Assembly: GCA_951406725.2 (NCBI GenBank)
Contig: OX597819.1
Location: forward strand, 82,088,001 to 82,152,000
Direction of reading: 5' to 3'
Length of the DNA: 64,000 nucleotides
Source of the DNA: Octopus vulgaris
Lineage: Eukaryota
Each line of letters starts with the position of its first letter. Within the stretch, counting starts at the first letter, position 1. Positions 12,650-26,780 of this stretch are shown piece after piece. The notes under the pieces are model-generated. The model searched no databases and was not told where the DNA came from. It was given only the letters and a program-made list of their open reading frames with translations. Made by a program: the position numbers and the translations under genes.

Positions 12650-12970
12650 GTGACTGTGTTGTAAGAAGCTTGCTTCTCAGCCACTTTGTTCCGGGTTCAG
12701 AGTCACTGCGTGGCACCTCGGGCAAGTGTCTTCTACTAAAGCTTTGCGAGTGGATTTGGTAGACGGAAACTGAAAGAAACCCCCACCACCGCTTGACAAC
12801 CTGTGATGGTGTGTTTATGTCCCTGTTATTAGCGGTTCGAATAAAATCAATAGAATAAGTACTAGATCTAAAAAATAAATCACGGGGTTGATTTGTTCGA
12901 CTAAAACACTTTAAGTCGATACCTCCGTATGGCCGGAGTCGAATGACTGAAACAAGTAAATGATAAAAGA
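12650..12970 (+). mobile_element. tRNA-derived SINE family A (diverged)
   Basis: B-box-like GGGTTCAG, GGGCAAGTGTCTTCTACT core, 3' ATGACTGAAACAAGTAAA; homologous to 26402-26780. Confidence 0.85.
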
Positions 12971-14499
12971 GGATGAGAATGAAAAGAAAGATTAACTTTA
13001 TGCCGCACCACATATATCGTAGAGAATGAGTTTTCTTATATTTACAATTAATTCTAAACATATTGCCTGCATAGCATTATTTCTACAAATTTAAATGAAT
13101 CAATTGAGCAAGCAAACTATATCTTGTGACTATGTATAACTAGTAACAATATTCTTTCTGCGTAAAACTCACATTATTGTCTACAACTGATTAGAACTAA
13201 ACGAGATTTGAAACCAGTCAAACGCTATTTTATTGTCGACAGTGATAAAGAAAGACGAGCAAAAAGAGAAAGATACAGGAAAAGAAAGATATATTTATAA
13301 TCATCTTCTTACAGCGACTTCTCCGGTGTGTTGTGCAAAAAGGTTGCCACAAACATGACACAAATACACATACATTATGTACATATATGTATATGTTATC
13401 AATTTAACTTTTACATGTGTGTGTGTGTGTGTTGTGTATGTTTTTGTGAATGCATATATGATTACACCCCAACCATCACACACAAAAACAACAACAACAC
13501 ATGGAGAACACACACACACGCACACATACACATATATATGAGTTATTTTTATGTTCTGAAATAATAATATAAGTAGGCAGAAATATAGAACATATTAATA
13601 AAGTCATTCAGTTTGTGGCATTTTCGAAAATATTCTATATTCATACAAATTAGGTTGCAATGGGGAAATGTCGGTTTTTGAATACATAATTTCAGTCCCT
13701 CGTGACTCTAAAGGTTAAAGCTTACGTCCCTTATGACAATTATTTAAACAACACAGTCAAATTCCGAATAAATATCGGAAGCTGTAACCATTGTGTATGT
13801 TACATTCCTACTTACTATTCAGCATCATTCCACAATAAATTTGGATATCCAACAGCCCTTCAACATTACATTAATCTAAAAGGAAAAAATCTTCAGGAAT
13901 TCAGTAAAATGTTTACTAAGCAAAGCTCGTTTAAGTTACCTCTTTTTCTTTCCTGGAGTTTCACTAAACTAAGATACGAGATCAATCTCCGTCTTTGATG
14001 AGTTGGATCATGAAAAGGTTTTTCTGTAAATTTCTTTAGATGTTCATTTTTGCCAACACTTCTTTGATAAACAGACTAATCTGATTCTCTTAAAGAAATG
14101 ATAACTGTCAGAGAGTTGATTAAAATATGCTGGTAAAAAAGGGGGAAAATATGGTAACATCGAAATTTCTTTTAATGCTTAGAAGAACGAGACAGTTGTT
14201 GATAATTTTGTTTGCCTACAGCTATGTAACTTGAAAATCACTTCATGAATGCATTTCCTGTTATATCTGGCAAAGAACACAATTAACTTGAAGCGTAAAT
14301 TAATATATAAAAGACAAAATTATGCAGATTAACTGAATCAAAATCGAATAGATATATTTGGTATAAAATAAATATATTAATGAATACGAGCACACACACA
14401 CATACACACGCAGATACACACACATACACACACAGCACGCACGCACACACACACATGATTTGGTGTGTGCATGTGCGTATATACACTATATGTGAAAAG

Positions 14500-14542
<43 letters not shown>

Positions 14543-14601
14543 TCTGGTAATTGTGTATAGATATTCGGATGCATAAACACATGCAAAACTGCAATCAACT
14601 G

Positions 14602-14651
<50 letters not shown>

Positions 14652-15522
14652 TACATGTACAACGGAGTAACAAAATACCACGTTATGTATAATATATATG
14701 ATATATGATATATGATATATATATATATATATATATATAATAAAGGTTCACTTGAATCAGGTACTTAAGTTGAAGCACCACGTCAGTCCGGTATTATCTA
14801 CACAGCTCGAAGTAAGGTGAATAAAATCAAAATAAGCAAAAGAATATCAAGTAGTAATGCAGTACGACCGTTTCAAGCGACTCCATTTTATTGATCAATG
14901 CAATAATTACATCAATTTAACTGCTGTGCTATCTTTAGCTGCAAAAATAAATAAAATGAATTTTAACAAGTAGGACACATTAATATAATTTTTTTTAAAT
15001 ATTTTAACTGAGAAAAAAGATGGAAGAAATTCATGTTGTCGCTATTGTAGCTAAGAATATACTATAACTTCTAAGAACCGCATGGAGCATAGTGGGGTCA
15101 TATGGTGTAAAGGGTTGTAATTCATTTCTAATTCATTTATCTCTTTATCAGCTCGTAAATCTGAGACTAAGAGACTGTCTATTTTGAATAAAAGACAAGA
15201 GTGAGTTGACAGCTCATGCCTAGGTATGGTCATAAATATTATCATATGTATCCCTTTCCCCAGGGAGAAAATAAGACGTGATGAGTAGTCAGTTGGATAT
15301 AAGTAACTGTCTATAAAAAGAGACAGGGTAGGGGTAGGCTGTAAATTGTGATGTTAATTACCAGTTAAAGGAGCAAGACACTAAGAAACCTAAGATATTA
15401 ATACAGAGGAAATTTTATTTGGGGCACTATGGGGGAATGTTTATAAACAATATTGTTATGTTGTATAAAAATAATATACAAACATATATATGTGTATGTG
15501 TGTATGTGTGTGTGTGTAACGT

Positions 15523-15597
<75 letters not shown>

Positions 15598-15628
15598 GGA
15601 TAGATAGGTAAGTAGGTAGGTAGGTAGG

Positions 15629-15713
<85 letters not shown>
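15523..15713. repeat. (GATA)n microsatellite
   Basis: Direct reading. Confidence 0.95.
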
Positions 15714-15714
<1 letters not shown>

Positions 15715-15720
15715 TACATG

Positions 15721-16993
15721 TACAACGTGGTAACAAAAAGTTCCCGAACTAGTTATGTTTAATACAAAAAATAGCTTAATTACCTAAGTTTTAACATCCT
15801 CTCCTTCGAAATAGTTATCTTACGTAGCAATACACCGGCCTCAGCGTTCCTCTCACTTTTGGAATCCGGTCTGGAAGTCATTTTCTCAAGCGAGTCAAGG
15901 ACCTTCTGTGATTCGCTCTTGATCTCTACAACGGTGTTTAAATGTCGATCTTTGAGTTGCCTTTTCTTCTTGGGGAAGAGATGAAACTCCACAGATGCTA
16001 AATCTGGCGAATAGGGCGAGTCAGGAAGCGACACCATATTGTTTTTGGCGAGAAACACGCGAGTGCGGAAAGCTAAATGATAGGGTGCATTGTGGTCGTG
16101 AAGAATCCAATTCTTCGCAGACGTTAGGATTGCCTGCACGGACCCACACAACAGACTAACAATATCAGCAGTGTCGTTGGTTGTCCTCCGATGATCCTCT
16201 CTTCGCGGACGTTAGAATTGCCTTCACGGACCCACACGACAGACTAACAATATCAGCAGTGTCGTTGATTGTCCTCAGATGATCCTCTCTTCGCGGACGT
16301 TAGGATTGCCTGCACGGGCCCACACGACAGACTAACAATATCAGCAGTGTCGTTGATTGTCCTCAGATGATCCTCTCTTCGCGGACGTTAGGATTGCCTG
16401 CACGGACCCACACGACAGACTAAAAATATCAGCAGTGTCTTTGATTGTCCTCAGATGATCCTCTCTTCGCGGACGTTAGGATTGCCTGCACGGACCCACA
16501 CGACAGACTAACAATATCAGCAGTGTCGTTGATTGTCCTCCAATGATCCTCATGCACAAGCTACTAAATTTTCTCTATATTTCCGGTGGTGACACGCGTG
16601 ACAGCTTTTTTAAGTCGCTCATCGTCTTCTGGGGACATTCTTCAGCTTTTGGAGCGCCCGTACCACTTGAAATATTGCGTACAACCCATTGACTCATCAC
16701 CATAAGCTTGCCGAAGCATGCTCAATGTACCTGTAGCAGACTTAGAAATTTAACGCAAAATTCCACGTTGGCTCTTAGCTTCAACTTCCTGTCCATTACA
16801 AAAATTGTAGACTACAGTATACAGGTGATAACAAAAACACAAATTTCAGAACTTGCGAAGTAAACACAACAACGTCACTCGGCACACTTCCCCATGAAGG
16901 TGACTGCTAGCTGTCATTGTGCAGGCAGCTATGTGCTACCGACTGTTGGCACGCTACAGAACTAGTCCGGGAATATTTTGCTACCTCCTCGTA
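15721..16993 (-). mobile_element. Internally deleted mariner transposon with both TIRs
   Basis: Left TIR tacaacgtggtaacaaaaagttcccgaactagtt versus reverse-complemented right TIR tacgaggaggtagcaaaatattcccggactagtt; WILHDHNAPYH and PYSPDLAS.EFHLFPK motifs. Confidence 0.9.
16113..16551. repeat. Five-copy 88-bp minisatellite inside the mariner
   Basis: Units start at 16113, 16201, 16289, 16377 and 16465. Confidence 0.95.
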
Positions 16994-17429
16994 CATATAT
17001 ACATATATATTAGAAACAGAGAACGAACAAGCAAAACATGTGGTATCGCTTTAGAGCATTTAATTTATTATTCAAACATAGTCCGGAGTTGTGATAATAG
17101 ATATGTAAAATCTTTTGTAGTTGTTTCTAGAATTACTAATCATGTGGATATGATATCATTAAGGTATTCTGTCATCGAAGAGAGAGAAATAAGGAATATC
17201 TTTAATCCAGGATATTATTAGTTACCAGTTCATTGAGGGATTAAGGAGTGTACACTGTAAAAGACTATATTGGTTCCAGCTTCCATGAACAAAAAATTAA
17301 GGAGATCCATATACGTATGTGGCAAGCAGTAACTTTTGAGCTAAATCTTTTTGGCAATTATTTCATGAAGGGAGACCATTTAGGGGCGTTCAAAAAAGTA
17401 TCTATTTCTCTCATTTATAGATTAATTCA

Positions 17430-19300
17430 GTTTTTCAACCTTTCAGATCTAATATATTTATTACATTCTCATAGAATTCTGTTTAAATCAGTTGCTGGAG
17501 TAAATCGTTTTACATTGACATAAGAGCTAACCTTGAAAATAATTTCTTTTGTTGTATTTCTTTGGTAAGTTTTAATTCTTTTTAATGAAGAAAAGGACTG
17601 CTCTACACAGGCAGTTGATAAAGGAATTGTCAAAATCAAATCGCAAATATTGAAGAAATCTGAAACAGCTTCAATAAGATTATTGATATAAATGTAATGC
17701 ATTAAATTACACAAACTTTGCTTTTTAAAATCTTCGAATGAATGTAAACGAAGTATATAGAAATAAAAAAAAACTATCCTTAGTGGTTTTTAGATAATTT
17801 GAAGCATCCACTTGAAATTTGTTGCGTAATTCTTCTGCTTTGCTAAAACTGAAAAGTTCCACGCATTTAAGCTTTTTCTAAAATAAATATCTAGTTTTTA
17901 ATTAGTCAACAATAATTTTGTTGTGGAACATTCTGTCATGTTGTAAGTGAGTAGATCTATTCCTGAAAATCTTGATTTGGATTGGCGCATTGATTCCATG
18001 TTATCGCCCCAACTTATAAAATACTGGAAAATCGTCTACTTCATCTTCGAGTATGGTTCTAGTTTTATCTGTTTTCTTTTTACAATACGCTATGTTAAAG
18101 TTTTAGTCCGAAGATTGTTAAATAAGACATCAGCGAAGAAAAATATTTCACAAAATACTTTTAATAAATATAAGAAATCCGGATCTTTTAAATTCTGTAA
18201 AAATCCAATTTCAGGATTTTCAGTGTCTCTAAAAAGTTGTTTAGGTAATCACAATTTTCTTTTGCAATAATATTTAGGTATGAGGAGTAATTCTATATAG
18301 TTACTGTTGCTTTCAGAAATCTTTTTAAACAATATTATGTAACTGACTGGCTCTTAGGTGATTTCGTAAAAAAAACCTATACAGTCCATTAATTGTCGAA
18401 AAAGTATCTTGCATTCTTTCATAATATCGCATGCTTGTAAAATAAGTATTTTAGAATTTGAGCACAACAATGACTAAAGACTGCATATTCATATTTCTCT
18501 CTTTTCTTTGACTTCCACTCATTTAATTGGAGACGCACATCATAGGATTGTGCAATTAATTTGTTTTCACACTTCCATATTTTAATGAATTTAAAAGCAT
18601 GGTTCAGATAAAGCATTTGATGAACGATGTGCACTAACATCTTTGAAACTAATAAATCGTTCTTTAGTAACTCAATCTTTTATAGCAGCTCAAAACAATT
18701 GACAACTGTGAGCAGTTCAATACATAGGACGTTTCATCTCTAAGAATGGCTACAAATTTAGCTTGTTTAAGTTCATGTTCTATTTCATTGACCATAACCT
18801 TTTGAAACGCATCAATAAAGTTAATATGAATTCTGGCTGAAAACAGAACCAGTATCTGGATGGCTTGCCAATTTTTCATCATACTTACCAATTAAATATG
18901 AGTTCTCTACACTTCTCGAGCTTATTGGAATCTTCGAATTCCAAATGACCCAGTAATGATAATTCCTGGTGATCTAAAAAGCAAAAGCAGATCAATCAAT
19001 CGTTGCAGAATAGCGTTGCAGAATAGGTTAAGTTGATTATGTTGTATACTCTGTTATTTATGTGCATTTGATAGTAACTCTCAACGTACATTCTCAGATG
19101 CTTTAAAATCTCTCAAGGATTTTATGTCTTTGAGAATATTCATGTTCTAACATGTCTATATGTTGATTATTTAAATTACTGTAACCTTTATAACACCAGA
19201 CAGTTATTTTCTAAACAAGATAACAAGCATGGTCAGTTGAATAACTTAACAATTCCAGTTAATCATATTTTTATTTCATGTAGATTAATCTAAAATTCTT
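17430..19300 (-). mobile_element. Degenerate hAT (ZMYM1-like) transposase
   Basis: AKFVAILRDETS..QLSIVL, LIAQSYD, AVFSHCCAQIL and the hATC dimerisation motif LILTIPLSTACVEQSFSSLKRIKTYQRNT. Confidence 0.85.
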
Positions 19301-19502
19301 TAATACATTTATAGGAATATCGCAGCTAAGTTAATTTAAGTGTTACTCTGTCATCATATAATTGTTTACCTTCAAAGACTTTTTTTTAAATAACTATTTT
19401 TCAAAAGTTCTTTAATAAACATTTCAGACAATTGGAAGAATATTTCGAAAGTTCAAAAAATAATTGAAAACCAAGTACGGGCATAATGTCTGAGTGTGTG
19501 TA

Positions 19503-19556
<54 letters not shown>

Positions 19557-20140
19557 GGTGCGTGCGTAAGCGTGGTGTTGAGTGCTGTGAGTGTGTGATT
19601 ATGTGTGTGGATTGAAAGTCAACCTAAATTAAACGGAAGAAAATCTTAGTAAATCACCGAGGGTTAATTGCTTAACCAGAGTAACAACAAAAAATGTAAC
19701 AATGTATTTTTTGTGGGACATTAAATATCAGAGAGAAAATAAATCAATCTGTGTGTTTACCATGTATATCATCATTTTCGTTTGGGAAAACTTTTGTGGT
19801 CTGACAAGTATCAGCTAATAGACTAAAAATTTTATGTGAGGGGCTAAATCGCTTCTGTTTTTAGATTTAGTGCTTTTCCATGCGTTTCACTCTAGGTCAA
19901 ACGGTTATCGCTTGTAGACTATTCAACCATCAAGTCAGTTGATTGTTTAGCGACATCAAATACGAAGAACTGACAGATATTGGCAGCTAGAGAGAGAAGG
20001 AGAGAGAGAAAGAGAGAGAAAGAGTGATCAGGAGGAGGTCAAAAAGAGAAGTTACAAGCATTTTCGAAATTGCATGCCGTTCGACGGTATTTCACGGGAT
20101 GAGGAATTATGTTGGAATTCAAATGGTTTCTCTAATCAAG

Positions 20141-20238
20141 ACGGTGGTGAGCTGGCAGAAATGTTAGCACGCCGGGCGAAATACGTAGCTGTATTTCGTC
20201 TGCCGTTACGTTGTGAGTTCAAATTGTTGAAATTCCGT
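20141..20238 (+). mobile_element. tRNA-derived SINE family B head
   Basis: GGTGAGCTGGCAGAAATGTTAGCAC..GAGTTCAAATT A/B-box head, same family as 57112. Confidence 0.85.
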
Positions 20239-21609
20239 TTAAGTGAAGGAAGATTTATATTTTATTGTTTTAGTACAAAAATACCTTTAATACATTTTTA
20301 TACATTTTTGCTCAATGTTATTAATGGAAATTTTTGTTTCCTCTTTTAATAGTGTATTTGAAGCCTATTTCGCAGTGATAATAGTGATAGTTCAAGTTAT
20401 CTTTAATCAGTTTCTCAAGTTTTACGCGAAGAGAAATCCCCAAATTTAGAATTCTCAGAACAGTGTACCAATGGGTATATGGGTATCGTGTGTTTCGACT
20501 GTGAAGTGCTCGCTGTTGGGGATGAAACTGACTGGGAGTCGATGAAATTAGTTCAAAGAAAGCATCGAACTTCAATTTTTTGGTGACTCAGACATTGTTT
20601 TTCAAAAATGGCCATACTGAAATGTGACAGTCTCAGAAGAAGGAGATACTTCTATGTAGTGAATGGTGATGTCTATGAGATTTCTCTTTTTAAATGGTTT
20701 TGGCTGTGCTGATGTAACTTACCCTTCTCGATATCAATCTTTTTATCAGTGAAAATTTGATAATATTCATCACATTCAAATGATTTCTGAACTTGATCTT
20801 TAGTTGTTTTCCAGTTGCCCACATTCATAATCCAAATCGGCTTCAATGTTATACAACCTCTTCCAACCATTTGTTGAAGTCGTATCTAAAATTTCCTTTC
20901 ATGTAATTGTTAAGTTGAAAAGTATAAACTTAATATTGTTGGCTCACATATTCTGAAATATAATAGCGCCACCACCTTGCATCCGTGACATTTTCTTCAT
21001 CCTCAAAAATAATCATTAAGTTTTCAAATAAGTCTTCTTTTCAAGTCTTTTGAAGACTAGTTATTCTGTGGGCTCTTGGCTAGATACTTAGAGATCGGTT
21101 AGGAGGTTAAGAAAGACATTGCTGCCTCCCATCTCAGAGTTAGGGAGAGTAAGGATGCTATTCTTAATTAACAATGTCATCAAATCATTGCAGTAAATCT
21201 TCTATCTGACTGGAAGCGCCACAGATATATTTGAGCATTATTTGGGCAGGTGTATATCTATATTAGGACTGAAGAGGTCACACCACAGCGAATCTGGTAT
21301 ACATGAGAGAGAACAGAGACCAGCAGCGACAGCTGATTATGAAAGCGTCTAGAGTGGCACCCCAATAGCTGCCTGCATCAGTTAAGTGATCTGGATGATG
21401 ATGAGAAGGAGGATGATAATGTTGATGATGATGACGACGATGATGTCTATAAAACAGGTAACTGATTGATTAAGGGGTACCACTACTTTGTTTTCTCTAC
21501 TACCATGGTTTTCCAGAGACACAAGCCGTCAGCATTTGCACATAAGACAGATATTCCTTCCTCCTTATCTAGCATGCAACCGGTAGTAATGTCCATCACA
21601 AGGTCCAGT

Positions 21610-21795
21610 CTTTGTTGTGGTGTGGAGGCTTCTGTATTTCAATGATCCTGAGAGATGTACCAGTAGAGCGGAAGCTCCTGGTAGAGCTTCGCTATGCAGG
21701 AAAGATCAAAAGGATAGAGGCCAGATGAACATGGACCACATATTCCAAGAGGTTAAAAATGGATTTGCGTAGGCTAACACCTCGCTATCTAAAGA
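21610..21795 (+). mobile_element. Possible RTE-type LINE 5' UTR remnant
   Basis: gtggtgtggaggctt..aatgatcctgagag..gctcctggtag..agaggccaga..taggctaac resembles RTE 5' UTRs (from memory). Confidence 0.4.
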
Positions 21796-21981
21796 CAAAA
21801 TTACAAAAGTATGGGTTTTTACTCTCTACTGCTATAGAGCCACAATTTAAAGTAAACTCGGTATTCGACGTTTGACAAACACATATCAAAAAACAGTTTC
21901 TTTTGTGTCGCAAATTATTTAAACGTATGCTATTGAAACACCTCTCTTTGATTTATCAATGAACTTAAATTCGTGAACTCT

Positions 21982-22122
21982 CTCTTTTACTCTTTTACTT
22001 GTTTCAGTCATTTGACTGCGGCCATGCTGGAGCACCGTCTTTAGTCGAGCAAATCGACCCCGGGACTTATTCTTTGTAAGCCCAGTACTTATTCTATCGG
22101 TCCCTTATGCCGAACCGCTAAG
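21982..22122 (-). mobile_element. SINE family A 3' fragment
   Basis: Reverse complement of 26635-26778. Confidence 0.9.
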
Positions 22123-22436
22123 AACTACATATAATTTTATATGCTTACTTTAAGTTTCTCTACTATTCTATGGAAGAGCTACAAAATTTTAGAAACTAGT
22201 TATAATTTGGAAATAAAACAAAACACTTTGTATACGTAACCACTCTATATACTGTGAGGCAAATTAGGACCGAAAGTGAGTTTACTCTATGCTGCCTCAC
22301 AAAATTGCATTATGGAACCCACATGAATCAACTGCACACACATATGTACTCATACATACATACATGCATACATACATACATACATACATACATACACACA
22401 TACATTCGTACGTACATAAATACATACATACATACA

Positions 22437-22468
<32 letters not shown>

Positions 22469-22890
22469 CACACACAGTCACTGATACTTACAAATACATA
22501 TATCCCGACACATTTTATGTGAGTACATTCTTTCATGTACTTTCTATCATTTACTTTTAAGCTTCTCATGCATTTACTACATCCTCCATCCCTTACATTT
22601 CGTTAGATGTAGCAGTTAACCGTCGCTCCCTTTTTATTTAAAATCTCGGTATCGAACCAACAGGGACACCTCTACAAGATCACTTGATCTTCTTGAAATA
22701 GCAAATAAACTGCCTTCAAACTACGACTTAAAATCTTAAAAAAGTGAACGTTACATTGAATACTATATTGCTAAATACCCTTAGAATACTGAACCAACAT
22801 ACATAAAATGTCTGATCCTAGGTCTGTCCAATACCACCCCAATATTTTCGTGTATATTTTTCAGTTTATCACATTTTCCCTACTCAGTTT

Positions 22891-22922
<32 letters not shown>

Positions 22923-23329
22923 TCACACTTCCTCTACAAAAATATTTATTTTACGCTTTTTCCAACCATGTAGTAATCTTTTAATGTTTAAAATTATGAT
23001 TTATAAATGTATTGCATTTTTTTACATGACCAGTCCATTAAATCCCAAATCTTTTAAATCGGGATCGTTACAATGAAATTTTACTTGTGTGTATGTGTGC
23101 GTGTAAATGTGTTTGTATATACACACACCTATGCATGTATATCTGTGTGTGAGAGTGCGTGTGTTTGTGTGTGTATATGTGTAAGAATAGATTCGTGAAT
23201 ACAAACAGAAATACATACATAACAGCCGAAAAAACTTATGATAGAACATGTAATCGCGAACGCATAAGAAAATATATCATCAAGATAAAGAAAATATGTT
23301 CCTCACAACTTCACACGTAAAATAAATGA

Positions 23330-24680
23330 ATAACCTACAATGTGTTTGTTATATCATTACCCATACTAACTTTTGGACTACTTTATTAAACGCTAATCAG
23401 ATATGGGCCAACAGTCTTAAAACACGATAATTCCCACTACTAAACACCAAATATCGAACTCCAATCATAGATAAAGTCTCCATAAATGAGGCAGATAATA
23501 TGAGAGTCATAAAAGATCTTCACATAAAATATTCCCTAGGTGATAACCAGAGTAAGAACGGAGAGAAGTTAAAATATAGTGCAATGGATACATTTTCAAA
23601 ACAGAAGCTGAATACATACCAGCAAACGTCCACACATGGCTATATTCCCATAAAGCATCAAAATAACAGTAGCATTGAGAAACAAAGTAGTGTGTCTTTG
23701 GCTAGCAACCAAAACATTAGCTCTCACTTTGAAAAAATACGATGCCTCCCTCGCCATCCTCCGGTGAAACGCCATTTCCATTTTGTCTGCTGCATCCATG
23801 AGAAATATTTCTATGTTGTGAGAGGCAAGATTTTTCAAACTTAATTCAAATTAAGGGAGCATATGCACTTCAATACAATATAGGATGAGGAAATATCCAC
23901 AAAAATACTTAATGTACAAAAGAAGATAAGTGTGCAAGTAAACCATCTAGCTCTGACAATCGACGCAGAATCTGTAGAATTAATAGTGAAGACGTTACCC
24001 ATCGTGAGTATTTTTCTAAGAATATCAACACGATATTACCTACCTTCAAGGCATGACGTCATGGCTAGAACATTATAAAACAAACTTTGCAGAAAGGATA
24101 ATACCGAGGAAATACATATAAAAAGCTGTAGTGTGGAGGGAATAAATGCACATAATTTGAAATAGTTCTGGCAGAATGTTATGAGCATACTTCAATTAAA
24201 AGCAAGCACAATAGACAAGATCTGTAGCGGAGAAAAGGAACAATGAAATAACTGTGGATACACGCAGAGGAAGCTATAGTGATGTGAGGACATAAATACA
24301 CATTATATGGAAGAGAGTAGTGGTGGAATTCTCCTGGGAAGACATCAATAAAAGGCAAGTAAAGCTAACGAGATCTGGAGCACAGAAAAGAAACTGTGAA
24401 CAGCAGCTGAACTTAGATGTCCAGTAGATGTTAACATAATGTTAAAGTTTAGTAAAAAGACAACCTCTATGCAGAACTTATATGAAATCTGCTGTTATTC
24501 CTTCCTATTTATAGCTTTAGATTTATTAGAACACTTCTCATGTGTTATAACCTCTGTAGCAATCTTGAGAAGCTGTGTTTCAGAAAACCAGAAAGAAACC
24601 ACATAAGCAAGGGATTACCGCTACAAACCATTAAAGACACCTGTCAAAGTATGTAAGACATTCAAAAGGTTTAATACTTA
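23330..24680 (+). mobile_element. Highly degenerate R4/Dong-like (RLE-type) non-LTR retrotransposon 3' part
   Basis: Colinear with 34129-35760: YQQ..HGY, SHFE, RIC..EDVTH, YLP.RHDVMAR, KHNR.D remnants. Confidence 0.6.
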
Positions 24681-24887
24681 ATAAGATTCGCATAATCAAT
24701 GACATCCGCGCCTGCATTCATGTGTGATGTACACAAACATATCTACATGCATACATTGTTATTTGCTTTCTTGCATGCATGCATACATACATGTGTACAT
24801 ACATACATAGATTTAGATAGATAGGTAGAGAGATATAGATAGCTAGCTAGCTAGATACATACATACATACATACATACATACATACA

Positions 24888-24918
<31 letters not shown>

Positions 24919-25089
24919 GAGCATACAAACAAGACTGTCTTTCCCATGTCTAAATTCCAAGGAAAGAGCTTTGTTTCTAGGTTAGAATTTGGATCTCTCT
25001 CATTTTGTGAGGAACTTGATAAAACCAAACTTGAAAAAACATACATATAAGCATATACACACATAAATTCAATGCACATATACATACTT

Positions 25090-25164
<75 letters not shown>

Positions 25165-25714
25165 ATGTATGTATGTACGTACGTACGAATGTATGTATGT
25201 ATGTATGTATGTATGTATGTATGTATGTATATATGTATGTATGTATGTATGTATGATTCATATATATTGTTTTAATATTCTCGTCCGGTACGGTTGTAAA
25301 GATTTAATAACAAAACAATTCAATCGAAAGCCGATATCAATACACGGAGTAATGAAGTGCTAATTTATCCATCTCTTCAATTCAGTGGTAAAACATATCA
25401 CTTATTTACGATATTTATCGAAATGTACTTTAAAAATGAGAACAATGAATTAGTCACAGAGAGGGAATGCCGGTTCCCAATCAGTAGATTTAGAGTTCGA
25501 GTTCAGTTAACCCATTTTCTTTACGTCCATGTCTAAAACATTTAACAGATTCCATAGCGAAACCATTCCATAGCAAAACCATTGTTCTACACTTTGACAA
25601 TCTTCGATATGTTGGCATCTGAAGCAGCTGGAGTTACGATAATTTAACCGAAATATCCGGCAAAATAAGTATTGAAAAAAACCCGCATTTCACCAAATTT
25701 GGATACGACAGTTT

Positions 25715-25809
<95 letters not shown>

Positions 25810-25810
25810 A

Positions 25811-26112
25811 ATTAGAAAAAAACCCACCTTTTATTAATTCAAAATGAACAACTAAATTACACCATCTAGAAAATTACATATAATAGAAATATTAAAATTA
25901 AAATAACAATAATATACCGATGATTAAGAAAATTGCAAAATAATAATAAAAACGTATATATTTGTTATATTCGTTTTTATTATTATTTTGCAATTTACTT
26001 TATCATCGGTATATTTATTCTTATTTTAATTTTAATATTTCTATTATATGTAATTTTATAGATGGTGTAATTTAATTGTTGATTTTGAATTGATAAAAGG
26101 TGTTTTTTTTTG

Positions 26113-26116
<4 letters not shown>
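25811..26116. repeat. Long AT-rich inverted repeat (~150-bp arms, ~6-nt spacer) inside (TA)n
   Basis: 25811-25959 is the reverse complement of 25966-26116 with scattered mismatches. Confidence 0.9.
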
Positions 26117-26160
<44 letters not shown>

Positions 26161-26245
26161 CTGCCATTTCTAATTCCTTCGGTATGCGGCGAAGCAGCCT
26201 GTTGCCCGCCCTTTTAATTATTTTTACTATATACTGAACTTTACA

Positions 26246-26300
26246 GAAGTTCCTGACGATGTATCCGTCATATTTACATACCGAAATTTACCGGTAAATA
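26246..26300 (+). ncRNA. Degenerate hammerhead ribozyme motif
   Basis: CTGACGA...TACATACC-GAAA-TTTACCGGTAAA-TA with palindromic stem III; stems I and II imperfect. Confidence 0.45.
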
Positions 26301-26401
26301 ATTGTTGGTTATATTTTATTTTATTTTATTGTATATATATATAATAAATATTAGGGAATAAATCCAAATTTACAGGGAAATTAATATTACATATATATAT
26401 A

Positions 26402-26780
26402 GGCGCAGGAGTGGCTGTGTGGTAAGTAGCTTGTCTACCAACCATATGGTTCCGGGTTCAGTCCCACTGCGTGGCACCTTGGGCAAGTGTCTTCTACTAT
26501 AGCCTCGGGCCGACCAAAGCCTTGTGAGTGGATTTGGTAGACGGAAACTGAAAGAAGCCCGTCGTATATATGTATATATATATATATGCGTGTTTGTGTG
26601 TCTGTGTTTGTCCCCTAGTGTTTATGTCCCCGTTACTTAGCGGTTCGGCAAAAGGGACCGATAGAATAAGTACTGGGCTTACAAAAGAATAAGTCCCGGG
26701 GTCGAGTTGCTCGATTAAAGGCGGTGCTCCAGCATGGCCGCAGTCAAATGACTGAAACAAGTAAAAGAGTAAAAGAGTAT
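26402..26780 (+). mobile_element. SINE family A, best-preserved copy
   Basis: GGCGCAGGAGTGGCTGTGTGGTAAG A-box head, GGTTCAGTCCC B-box, central microsatellite, tail of GTAAAAGA repeats. Confidence 0.9.

Noticed and set aside
13808-13890. 60-nt minus-strand segment with good acceptor and donor
   Set aside because: Stop codons in all three frames; cannot be supported as coding, and a non-coding exon cannot be tested here
16113-16551. Regular repeats resembling a CRISPR array
   Set aside because: Head-to-tail units with no unique spacers, derived from mariner coding sequence; eukaryotic context and no cas genes
26402-26475. tRNA-like A/B boxes (also at 51682 and 57112)
   Set aside because: SINE heads; no complete cloverleaf, and they continue into SINE bodies
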